Positions 1 to 8,452 of a stretch of 64,000 nucleotides of DNA are shown one piece after another (position 1 is the first letter of the stretch; each line of letters begins with the position of its first letter). Under the pieces are notes generated by a model that saw only the letters and a list, made by a program, of their open reading frames with translations, did no database searches and was not told where the DNA came from. The position numbers and the translations under genes were made by a program. Source of the DNA: Bacteroidota bacterium (GTDB taxonomy: Bacteria > Bacteroidota > Bacteroidia > Bacteroidales > JAAYUG01); NCBI GenBank assembly GCA_029571215.1, contig JAKPTE010000036.1, positions 22,302 through 86,301 on the forward strand. Reading direction: 5' to 3'.

Positions 1-1484
1 GTGGAACCTTTATGAATTCCTTCAACGAAATCGGCGGCATCCCTTCGACGGGTAACTCCCATCTTTTGCGCGACATCCTGAAATGTGAATGGAATTTCAG
101 GGGTTTTGTTGTTTCTGACTGGGGATCAGTCGGGGAAATGATCAACCACGGCGTTGCAGCCAACAAAGCCGATGCCGCTGCATTAGCTGCTACTGCAGGA
201 TGCGATATGGACATGGAATCACGCTGCTACCGTGAAGAACTTGTAAACCTTGTCAGGCAGGGAAAAGTTGATATGAAATACATTGATGACGCCGTTCGCA
301 GAATTTTGCGGATTAAATTCCAGCTTGGACTCTTTGATGATCCTTACCGTTATTGCAACCCGGAAAGGGAAAAGAATCTGATTCTTCATCCCGATCATCT
401 GAAAGCAGCAAAGGAAATGGCCATAAAATCCATGGTATTGCTTCGGAACGAAGGCAACATTTTGCCACTTAAAAAATCGGGACAGACCATTGCCCTCATT
501 GGACCCCTCGCCGCATCAAAAGATGATATGATTGGTGGATGGAGTGCACTGGGGCAGGGAAACGATGCCGTATCTCTTTACGAAGGACTGACCGCCAAGC
601 TGGGAAATGCCTCCAGGATCGTATATGCCCGCGGATGCGGAATTGCCGAAGAAAACCGCACCGGGTTTCAGGAAGCAATAAATGCAGTCAGAAAAGCTGA
701 TGTTATCCTGTTGGCCATGGGCGAAAGCCGCCACATGAGCGGAGAAGCCTCATCAAGGGCTTGCATCGATTTGCCAGGGGTACAGGAAGATCTGATAAAG
801 GAAATCATAAAGCTTGGAAAACCAACCGTTCTGGTCTTGTTCAACGGACGCCCCCTTGTCATTCCCTGGATTGCCGAACATGTGCCGGCTATTCTGGAAG
901 CCTGGTTTCCCGGGATACGCGGAGGAGAGGCCATTGCCGATATCCTGTTCGGAGATGCTGTTCCTTCCGGCAAGCTGGTCACCACGTTCCCTCACAGTAT
1001 CGGACAGATTCCCCTGTATTACAACCATAAAAATACAGGCAGGCCTTACTCTCCTGATTCCTACTATACCTCACGTTACCTTGATGAAACCAACGACCCG
1101 CTTTTCCCTTTTGGTTACGGCCTGAGCTACACTACATTTGCCTATTCCGGCCTGCAGCTTAGCGATTCGGTAATGACCGGGAACAAACCTCTCACGGTTA
1201 CCGTTACGGTAACCAATACCGGCAATTATGACGCCGAAGAAGTTGTTCAGCTTTACGTGCGCGATATGGTTGGGAGCGTAACCCGGCCGGTAAAAGAACT
1301 TAAGGGGTTCAAAAAGGTACCCATCAAAAAAGGCGAATCGGTGAAAGTTTCATTTACCCTTACCGAAGCCGACCTCCGTTTTTACGACATCAATATGAAC
1401 TTCGTCTCCGAACCCGGTGAGTTCAGGGTATATGCAGGAGGCAACTCAAGGGATGTTCTTGAAGGATCATTCTGGTTAAAATAA
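1..1484 (+). CDS. bglX: Glycoside hydrolase family 3 beta-glucosidase (BglX-like), 5' end cut by the window edge
   Basis: The frame is open from base 3 (GTFMNSFNEIGGIP...). The GH3 nucleophile motif GFVVSDW is present, followed by a GH3 C-terminal domain and an Fn3-like tail (KELKGFKKV...FRVYAGGNS). Stop codon at 1482-1484. Confidence 0.9.
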   Translation, partial: GTFMNSFNEIGGIPSTGNSHLLRDILKCEWNFRGFVVSDWGSVGEMINHGVAANKADAAALAATAGCDMDMESRCYREELVNLVRQGKVDMKYIDDAVRRILRIKFQLGLFDDPYRYCNPEREKNLILHPDHLKAAKEMAIKSMVLLRNEGNILPLKKSGQTIALIGPLAASKDDMIGGWSALGQGNDAVSLYEGLTAKLGNASRIVYARGCGIAEENRTGFQEAINAVRKADVILLAMGESRHMSGEASSRACIDLPGVQEDLIKEIIKLGKPTVLVLFNGRPLVIPWIAEHVPAILEAWFPGIRGGEAIADILFGDAVPSGKLVTTFPHSIGQIPLYYNHKNTGRPYSPDSYYTSRYLDETNDPLFPFGYGLSYTTFAYSGLQLSDSVMTGNKPLTVTVTVTNTGNYDAEEVVQLYVRDMVGSVTRPVKELKGFKKVPIKKGESVKVSFTLTEADLRFYDINMNFVSEPGEFRVYAGGNSRDVLEGSFWLK

Positions 1485-1499
1485 CCAAAGTAACCAAAT

Positions 1500-1538
1500 A
1501 AAAAAGAGGGCAGTTAATTTAAGCTGCCCTCTTTTATT
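1500..1538. terminator. Bidirectional rho-independent terminator between convergent genes
   Basis: A 9-bp GC-rich stem, agagggcag (1505-1513) paired with ctgccctct (1524-1532). It is flanked by an A5 run upstream and tttatt downstream. Confidence 0.65.
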
Positions 1539-1553
1539 AATTTAAGATTCTGA

Positions 1554-4500
1554 CTAGTTTTTCACCAGTCGTTTAACAACCGATTTTTCCCCCATATCAA
1601 TCCGTAACAGATAGAATCCGGATTTTAGGTTTTGGACAGGAAGTTCAAAGACTGAATACCTGGCTTCCTTCCTAAGTTTGTGCATTTCCATGACTTTACC
1701 TGCCGGATCAATGACAGAAGCAAGGATTTCTCCTGTGAATGCATCATCAACTGACAGATATGCTACATCCTGCGCCGGAACCGGATACAGAAGTATTTTT
1801 TCCTGGACCGGTTCAATGGAAGCATTCGCTGTAGATTCTTCCTGTTCTGCCGATTTTAATGCAGTTCCTCCTGCAATGAGCGTAACAATCGAGCGGGCGG
1901 GCAAAGTTATTGTAGTGCCGGTAGAGTAGTTTGCAACTTTCACACAATTTTCCGTTGCACTTGACCTGTAAACCTCAAAAGTTGCCGGCAAACCGCTGCC
2001 ACCGATAGTAATACTCTTCGAGCTTGTGGCCGCATTAATAATGACAAGAGTATGTGTTCCCAAACCGGTATTTTCGTATGCTGTAACAAAAACATCCGGA
2101 TCGGTGCAGTCGGCCTTGACCCTTACAGCTCCCGGACGAATGTACCGGTAGAAATGCTTTGAAACATAGTACTTCTTCCCGGCAGTCAGACCATGCATCA
2201 GGCAAAAATCTCCAATGTCATTGGGATTATTAGGATCTTCGCTTCCCTGCCACCATACCCATCCGCTCATATTGCCATAATACAAACCGGCATGCATATC
2301 CAGTGCAAGATTAAAGGCACCCTGTTTGCCCCCGCTGCTTTCCCAACTTTCAATATAACCGGAAGTTTCCGTCATCCAGGCTTTTTTACCTAAAGGTTCC
2401 GTAAACTGGTTCTTATGATTGGTCCATGCCTCGGCAAGCTTGGAACTTGAGGTAGGAGCAACTCCATCAGAATAGCCGTGTACAGCAAAAATATCAACAT
2501 AATTTCTGGCTGTCGGATCATTCTTGATGGCCTGATGATAAAACCATGGCCAGTTGTTGCTTAGACCTTCCATTTCGAGCATATTCTCCGAACCGAAAAC
2601 TTTCACATTCGGATAAGCTGCCTTTACAACCGGAATAACTGCATTGAGCATTTCAGGATACCATTCCTGCTTGTAAAAACATGAATTATAAGGTTCCCAG
2701 AAGAATGGTTCATTTTGCGGGCTGAACGCATACAGGTCAATTCCTTCATTTTTGTAAAGCTGTATACCGTTTTTCAGCCATTGTGCAAACTGAGAATACT
2801 TCGCCGGATCCAGTGCATGACCACCCTTACAGCCGGTTGACGGAATCTGTCCGGAAATTCGGTTCACATTGGCGTCAACCACACACTTCATATCAGCCGG
2901 AGGAGACCATACGGTAAAGATAAATTTAAGGTTCACTCCATACTGGTCTGCCTTAGCCTTTAAACCACGTACCACAGGAAGCTGTTTATTCCAGTCAGCA
3001 TCCTGCCCCCAGTTTTCGGGAGTAACAATGGAAGCAAGAGGTGACCCTGCCGTAATGGCCGGTGGATAATATTCATTTCTCCAGATGGTAATTCCAAGAT
3101 CACTTATTACCTTATCAGCCCATGCATCACTGTACAAAGTGGACGGATCGGACCACCACGTATTCTGGGCACCAAAGAATCCAAATCCATCAATCGTCTG
3201 ATATTTTACAGTTTTGTCAACAGTAATTGTATAGCTACCTCCTCCGCCGGCAGTTACCGTTACAGCACAGCTGGCTGTTTTTCCTCCATCCTGGGTTGTA
3301 ACAGTTATGGTGGCATTCCCGGCAGCAATTGCTGTTACAAGGCCAGAACTGTTTACCGTTGCAACCGAAGTATTGCTACTGCTCCAGCTTACATTCTTGT
3401 TGGTGGCATCTGCCGGTTGAACAGTTGCTGTTAACTGACCTGTCTGCCCAACAGTCAGACTTAAGCTTGTCGGATTTACAGTCACCCCTGTTACCGGCAC
3501 GGTTGTTGATGAACCTTCATACCGGGCAAGATTAACTCCAGGAATAATTGTAACAGAAGATATCCCAGGACCTGTCCACCCTACTGCAACATTATCCCCT
3601 CCACCTCCTTCCTTGTGAAGAACTTCAAAATAATATGCATTCCCGGCGGTCAGGCTAATCGCCGAAGATTTCTGCTCCGGATACTTATTCCATTCCCGTG
3701 AAGTGGTCCAACCCGGAACATAGGCAACACGTGCTTTCCCTGAGGGACTGTTATTGCCCGAAAGCCAGAATTCTGTATTGTCATCCCCTGAAACATAGAA
3801 TGTATAGCTTCCGCTTGCCGATGGAACTATATATCCCCGAATCCTGGTACCGTAATTATCAGCCCAGTTAACAGGCCCTTCAAGACTTGTAAGTTCCGAT
3901 GTCCCGCTGGGAGTTTGCTGCAAGGGGATATCGCTAACACTGGTTCCACCAACTCCCGTCCAGTACTCTCTTATTACACTACCTGTCTGCAATGAATTTT
4001 GTCTGTATAGTTTGTTATCGGGGATAACTTGTTTGCTGATACCCGGACCACTATAGCTTACCGTTAAATTTTGATTCCCTGTTTTCTCAAAAAACAAAAC
4101 TTTCAAGGCATGTTTACCAGCCTTTAAACCTATTACCCCTGATTTTTCTGTAGTTCCATGCAATCCATCATTGTTCACAACTTCCGTTGAACCTATAAAT
4201 AACTTACTTCCATCATCCGAAGAAGTGTAAAAAGTATAATCTCCATCGGAGGTCACTTCAACATAACCCGTAAATACCAGGCCAAAATAATCATCCCTGT
4301 TGCGAACACCAATGTCAAAATTGGACACATTGCCGGTTTTTACTGCCTGAAGGGTACTAAAATCCGGTAAAGCATCCCACACGCCTTCGTAATACTTATA
4401 GTCAAGTCCATTAATTACATTCGACGGGTTCTCCGGATCCCTGTATCCCGAACTGCTGGTTACCGTCACTGCACAGGTGGCTGTTTTCCCTCCGTCCTGT

Positions 4501-7500
4501 GTGGTTACCGTTATCGTGGCACTTCCGGCTGCAATTGCTGTTACAAGGCCAGAACTGTTTACCGTAGCCACTGAAGTGTTGCTGCTGCTCCAACTTACGT
4601 TCTTGTTGGTAGCATCCGATGGCTGTACCGTGGCTGTCAGCTGTCCCGTCTGTCCTACAGTCAAGCTCAAACTGGTCGGACTTACTGTAACCCCGGTAAC
4701 AGGTATAGTTGATGATCCCGAGTTCACCGTTACGTTTTCGAAGACGGCAGTTGAGGTAGCCCCGTCATTATGGGAGGTTACGGCCAATCCGATATAGGCC
4801 TGACTTGCCATGCTGATGGTAACCGACCCGATTTGTGACCATGCACTGCCATCTGATGACCAGTAGGAAGTAAATGTATTTCCGCTGCGCACCAGCCGAA
4901 CCCATACCGGAGCCGTTCCGGCACCACCCGATGTATGATCGCTGATGCCATCCGTGCTCGTTCTGCGTTGAAATGCCAGACCGTTTGAGGGCGTTACACA
5001 GGTGAAAGCATGTCTTGACCCCGCGGTTAATGATTCCCGTATCATGACCCCTGCCTTGGCCCATCCATCGGTATTGGTTTGTGATGCAACCCTGGCCTTA
5101 ATTTCACCATCGCCATTCACGCTCTGGAAAACAAACCGGAAACCATCAGCAGTTCCCCAAATGTCAGCGCCCGAACCACCCACAGTAAATGTTCCATTAC
5201 TGTAGCTCACACTGCCGGTTTGTCCAACGCTTCCTATGTTTTGCGTCTGCCATGGTGAAGGAAGACTTCCTGAAGCAGAAGTTACGGTAATCGTTTTCGT
5301 AACCGGCGCACTATAGAGATCCCTGTTATCCATAACACGCAACGTAGCTGTATAGTTTCCGGCAGAGTTGTAAACATGTGTCGGAGCATTACTATGATCA
5401 ACCGGGCTTCCGTCGCCGAAATTCCATTCATATCCAAGAATGAAATCTCCCGCATCAGGATCCGATGAACCGTTGGCATTGAAGCTGACGGAAAGAGGAG
5501 CATTTCCCGAAACCGGGTTTGCATTGATCACGGCAGTAGGTGCGCAGTTTGTTTTAACGCTCAGAGGATCACTGGTTGAGGAGTTTCCTGCAGCATCGTA
5601 TGCTTTAACAGTAATGGAATAATTTGAACAACCTGTTAAACCTGTAACCTGATAGGAGTTAGTTGTAATTAGTGTGGAATTCTTTTTGGTACTTCCTACA
5701 AAGACATCATAGCCTGTTACTCCAACATTATCGGTTGCATGGGTCCATGACAAATTAAACTGGGAATCCTTAATATTGGATGCCGAGAGATTTGTTGCCT
5801 TCGTAGGAGGCTGGGTATCATTCCCGCTGGTAACCGAACCCTCTATGATCAGGTCTGCTTCTGCAACACCGGCAGAACGGTTCCCTATTCCAACCGATTC
5901 ATAAGTATCAGTATAACCGTAGATATACAACCTGAATTCAACTGCCGAAGTCAGATTTGAATGGTTGCTGATATTTATGGTTTGTAACGAGGCTCCGAGA
6001 TTGGCATTGGCTGTAAACGACCCAAGCTGACTACCTTCAGTAAATCCATTTTTACTGGAAAACAATACAAAGGTTCTTACTCTATTCTGGCTTACGGGCC
6101 TGATCTTTATCGAAGTTATCGTTATTGAATTGCCTGATGATGGGGTAACCGTAAAAGAAATAAAATCATTACCACTTAACGCACCGGCAAGTGTCGTTGC
6201 GGTCTGATTGATAGCGGTAAGTCCATTATTAAGATAATTATATGCACTAAGTCCGCTTCCAACAGATGCCACGAGGCTGGGTGGTGTTGTCGACACTCCC
6301 TGCATAGAGGTTGTAGCTGCAACCGATGCTTGTCCTCCTTTGCCCGCAAAATCCCATGAAGCAATGACTCCGGAAGTTGTACCTCCTCCGCCTCCGGAAG
6401 CCGTAACCGTTACATTGCATGTGGCTGTTTTTCCACCGTCAACGGTAGTTACAGTGATAACAGCATTGCCACTGCCATTGGCCGTGACAAGCCCTGATGA
6501 AGTAACGTCGGCAATAAGCGTATTCGAGGAACTCCATACTACACTCTTATTAGTAGCATTTGCCGGTGAAACAGTTGCCGTCAGCTGTCCGGTTTGACCC
6601 ACATTCAGAGTAAGACTGGTAGGCGAAACGCTAACACCGGTTACAGGTATAGAACTGCCTGCCGTAACACCTGAATACTGATACGTGGATACTACTTCCC
6701 ATACTGCATTCTGTATAATATTAACCACGTCAGAAGGAATCGAACCATATTGCGAAGGGACCGCACTACCTCTCGGATCGCGCTTATATATAGTGGCATA
6801 GAAAGTCAATCCTGTAATATAGGAACCCACATTATTCATATGGATTCCATCGGAATAAACCTGCCATATTCTGTTGTATCCAGGTACCTGTCCGGCTTTC
6901 ATCTTGTTATTGAGATTATAAAAAACCTCTCCCACAGGTACTATCAAAATTGGTTTAACACTGGTATAGGCTGATCGGCAAGCAGTTAAAAGGTCTTCAA
7001 AAAAATCCTTCGTTTCATTTGTCCCGTCCCATCCGCCGGTAAAGGTTCTCGTCCACAAAGAGTTCCAAGTATCTGCTGTCAGGGATGCATCGGTAGGAGC
7101 TTTACCATCCGGTGTGCGTGGCCACCGCATGTAAATGTAGAACTGCACATTGGGGCTTTTATCCTTTGCCAGGTTAATGTAATTCCCCACCATTTCCTTA
7201 TCGTTCCCGCTTCCCTCAATCAGTCTGTCAAACGGTTGCAGAGAAATTGCATCCCACGTGTAATTCGGAAATGCGTTGTTAGGCGCTCCAAAGGGAGATT
7301 CAGTAAAACCATCACTCATATGCGACCAAAGCCATTCCAGAGGCGCTCCGGGTATCATATGCCTTCCCCAGATATGTGTATTCCCCTGGCTTTCAGCGAT
7401 TGCTTTCAACCCGTCATAATTGATGGCATCTGTAACACTGTTGCCCACAAAATAAACCCTCATGGTCGTCTGGCCGGTAAGAGAACCACACGCCATGAAA

Positions 7501-7631
7501 ATGGATGCAAAAAATACAATCAGAATCCTGAATTGTTCAAAACAGCTTCTTTTGAACCTGTGCAGCCTGGTTCTTATTCCCGCTCCGGAACGAACAGGCA
7601 GAATTGTAAATTTACTCATGGTTGGAAACAT
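1554..7631 (-). CDS. Giant (2,025 aa) T9SS-secreted multidomain carbohydrate-active enzyme
   Basis: Single uninterrupted ORF. Approximate modules, from N- to C-terminus:
- Signal peptide (ILIVFFASIFMACGS).
- SGNH motifs VYFVGNS and DGIHMN (~6670-7470).
- Three Big_2 domains, VTGV(S/T)V.PTSL.L.VGQTGQLTATV (~6405-6653, 4463-4709, 3257-3503).
- An unassigned module (~5835-6370).
- Fn3 (~5550-5815).
- PKD, YEWNFGDGS (~5281-5545).
- ConA/DUF1349-like lectin domain (~4725-5260).
- Two PA14-like domains (~4000-4425 and ~3530-3985).
- GH30 motifs WSPPADMK, SPQNEP and WMTETSG (~1870-3240).
- T9SS C-terminal sorting domain, LYPVPAQD...GFYLLRI (~1554-1800).
An alternative ATG lies at 7619. Confidence 0.88.
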   Translation of the reverse strand: MFPTMSKFTILPVRSGAGIRTRLHRFKRSCFEQFRILIVFFASIFMACGSLTGQTTMRVYFVGNSVTDAINYDGLKAIAESQGNTHIWGRHMIPGAPLEWLWSHMSDGFTESPFGAPNNAFPNYTWDAISLQPFDRLIEGSGNDKEMVGNYINLAKDKSPNVQFYIYMRWPRTPDGKAPTDASLTADTWNSLWTRTFTGGWDGTNETKDFFEDLLTACRSAYTSVKPILIVPVGEVFYNLNNKMKAGQVPGYNRIWQVYSDGIHMNNVGSYITGLTFYATIYKRDPRGSAVPSQYGSIPSDVVNIIQNAVWEVVSTYQYSGVTAGSSIPVTGVSVSPTSLTLNVGQTGQLTATVSPANATNKSVVWSSSNTLIADVTSSGLVTANGSGNAVITVTTVDGGKTATCNVTVTASGGGGGTTSGVIASWDFAGKGGQASVAATTSMQGVSTTPPSLVASVGSGLSAYNYLNNGLTAINQTATTLAGALSGNDFISFTVTPSSGNSITITSIKIRPVSQNRVRTFVLFSSKNGFTEGSQLGSFTANANLGASLQTINISNHSNLTSAVEFRLYIYGYTDTYESVGIGNRSAGVAEADLIIEGSVTSGNDTQPPTKATNLSASNIKDSQFNLSWTHATDNVGVTGYDVFVGSTKKNSTLITTNSYQVTGLTGCSNYSITVKAYDAAGNSSTSDPLSVKTNCAPTAVINANPVSGNAPLSVSFNANGSSDPDAGDFILGYEWNFGDGSPVDHSNAPTHVYNSAGNYTATLRVMDNRDLYSAPVTKTITVTSASGSLPSPWQTQNIGSVGQTGSVSYSNGTFTVGGSGADIWGTADGFRFVFQSVNGDGEIKARVASQTNTDGWAKAGVMIRESLTAGSRHAFTCVTPSNGLAFQRRTSTDGISDHTSGGAGTAPVWVRLVRSGNTFTSYWSSDGSAWSQIGSVTISMASQAYIGLAVTSHNDGATSTAVFENVTVNSGSSTIPVTGVTVSPTSLSLTVGQTGQLTATVQPSDATNKNVSWSSSNTSVATVNSSGLVTAIAAGSATITVTTQDGGKTATCAVTVTSSSGYRDPENPSNVINGLDYKYYEGVWDALPDFSTLQAVKTGNVSNFDIGVRNRDDYFGLVFTGYVEVTSDGDYTFYTSSDDGSKLFIGSTEVVNNDGLHGTTEKSGVIGLKAGKHALKVLFFEKTGNQNLTVSYSGPGISKQVIPDNKLYRQNSLQTGSVIREYWTGVGGTSVSDIPLQQTPSGTSELTSLEGPVNWADNYGTRIRGYIVPSASGSYTFYVSGDDNTEFWLSGNNSPSGKARVAYVPGWTTSREWNKYPEQKSSAISLTAGNAYYFEVLHKEGGGGDNVAVGWTGPGISSVTIIPGVNLARYEGSSTTVPVTGVTVNPTSLSLTVGQTGQLTATVQPADATNKNVSWSSSNTSVATVNSSGLVTAIAAGNATITVTTQDGGKTASCAVTVTAGGGGSYTITVDKTVKYQTIDGFGFFGAQNTWWSDPSTLYSDAWADKVISDLGITIWRNEYYPPAITAGSPLASIVTPENWGQDADWNKQLPVVRGLKAKADQYGVNLKFIFTVWSPPADMKCVVDANVNRISGQIPSTGCKGGHALDPAKYSQFAQWLKNGIQLYKNEGIDLYAFSPQNEPFFWEPYNSCFYKQEWYPEMLNAVIPVVKAAYPNVKVFGSENMLEMEGLSNNWPWFYHQAIKNDPTARNYVDIFAVHGYSDGVAPTSSSKLAEAWTNHKNQFTEPLGKKAWMTETSGYIESWESSGGKQGAFNLALDMHAGLYYGNMSGWVWWQGSEDPNNPNDIGDFCLMHGLTAGKKYYVSKHFYRYIRPGAVRVKADCTDPDVFVTAYENTGLGTHTLVIINAATSSKSITIGGSGLPATFEVYRSSATENCVKVANYSTGTTITLPARSIVTLIAGGTALKSAEQEESTANASIEPVQEKILLYPVPAQDVAYLSVDDAFTGEILASVIDPAGKVMEMHKLRKEARYSVFELPVQNLKSGFYLLRIDMGEKSVVKRLVKN

Positions 7632-7977
7632 TTAGGTTGGTTGATTGATTGAATTGATATCGCATTCCGGCTGCTACCGGAAGACGTTTTCAGGAAAAAT
7701 GGTTAAAAAGGCTATTATGACAAGATAGAAACTAACCATTGAACATCCGGGCTTATCCCCCGAAATGGAGTGGCCAAAAAGGGTCATAAAAGGAAGGTTT
7801 ATTATTCTACATACACCCCCAGCCCTACCCATCAACAATATGAAATACAACTTAAAGCTTTTTATCCCTTAATTGATTAAAAAATAACAGGGAACTTTGG
7901 ATTCAACTATCAGATTAACAAAGTACTAAATCTATTATCGCATTAAAAGACAGAAAGCTACCTGAAAGAAGTGCTTC

Positions 7978-7999
7978 AAAAAAAGCAAATAATTTTGCT
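7978..7999 (-). terminator. Possible terminator of the tRNA-Gly/tRNA-Leu unit
   Basis: On the minus strand, just 3' of tRNA-Leu: stem agcaaa/tttgct with a 4-nt loop, followed by a T-rich run (the A run 7978-7983 on the plus strand). The stem is short and AT-rich. Confidence 0.4.
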
Positions 8000-8013
8000 C
8001 TTTCTCCATCTAG

Positions 8014-8099
8014 TACCCGGAGCGGGAATTGAACCCGCACAACCATTACTGGTTACAGGATTTTAAGTCCTGCGCGTCTACCTGTTCCGCCATCCGGGC
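8014..8099 (-). tRNA. tRNA-Leu (anticodon TAA)
   Basis: The reverse complement reads gcccggatggcggaacaggtagacgcgcaggacTTAAaatcctg..., with a long variable arm and T-arm gcgggttcaattcccgc. The anticodon loop is ct-TAA-aa and the acceptor stem pairs (one G-U). No CCA is encoded. Confidence 0.9.
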
Positions 8100-8228
8100 A
8101 AAAAAATTATAATAAAGCCTGTTTTGTCTGTGAAACTGTATTGGAATGGAAATCTGCATTCCTGCTAATGAACACTGAGATGTATGAAAAAGAAAATGCC
8201 CACTTCCCGAAATTCATCCGGGGATTTG

Positions 8229-8301
8229 AGCGGGAAACGGGACTCGGACCCGCGACCCCAACCTTGGCAAGGTTGTGCTCTACCAACTGAGCTATTCCCG
8301 C
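8229..8301 (-). tRNA. tRNA-Gly (anticodon GCC)
   Basis: The reverse complement is gcgggaatagctcagttggtagagcacaaccttGCCaaggttggggtcgcgggtccgagtcccgtttcccgct. It folds into a clean 73-nt cloverleaf with anticodon loop tt-GCC-aa. Confidence 0.92.
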
Positions 8302-8452
8302 AATCAACTTATTGCCCTTCAAAGAACCATCTCACTCTTTAATGAAAGGTGGTGCAAATTTAAATGAAATTTTCTTTTTGCCAAGTCTAAATTTTCATTT
8401 TTCTTGGTTCGTTCACATGGGTTCATGCATGGTTCATCTATGCTTTTCCATA

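Noticed and set aside
3257-6653. The Big_2 repeats considered as a template/variable-repeat pair of a diversity-generating retroelement.
   Set aside because: There is no reverse transcriptase or accessory gene in the window. The differences are mostly synonymous and not restricted to adenines. All copies are in-frame parts of one gene.
7978-8301. The tRNA-Gly/tRNA-Leu pair considered as an integration site for a genomic island.
   Set aside because: There is no integrase nearby. I noticed no duplicated tRNA 3' end (att-like direct repeat) elsewhere in the window. The flanking CAZyme genes share the same strand and similar composition.
8107-8322. A 71-aa ORF overlapping tRNA-Gly.
   Set aside because: The ORF includes the tRNA sequence itself (AQLVEHNLAKVGVAGPSP is a translated tRNA). 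It is spurious.
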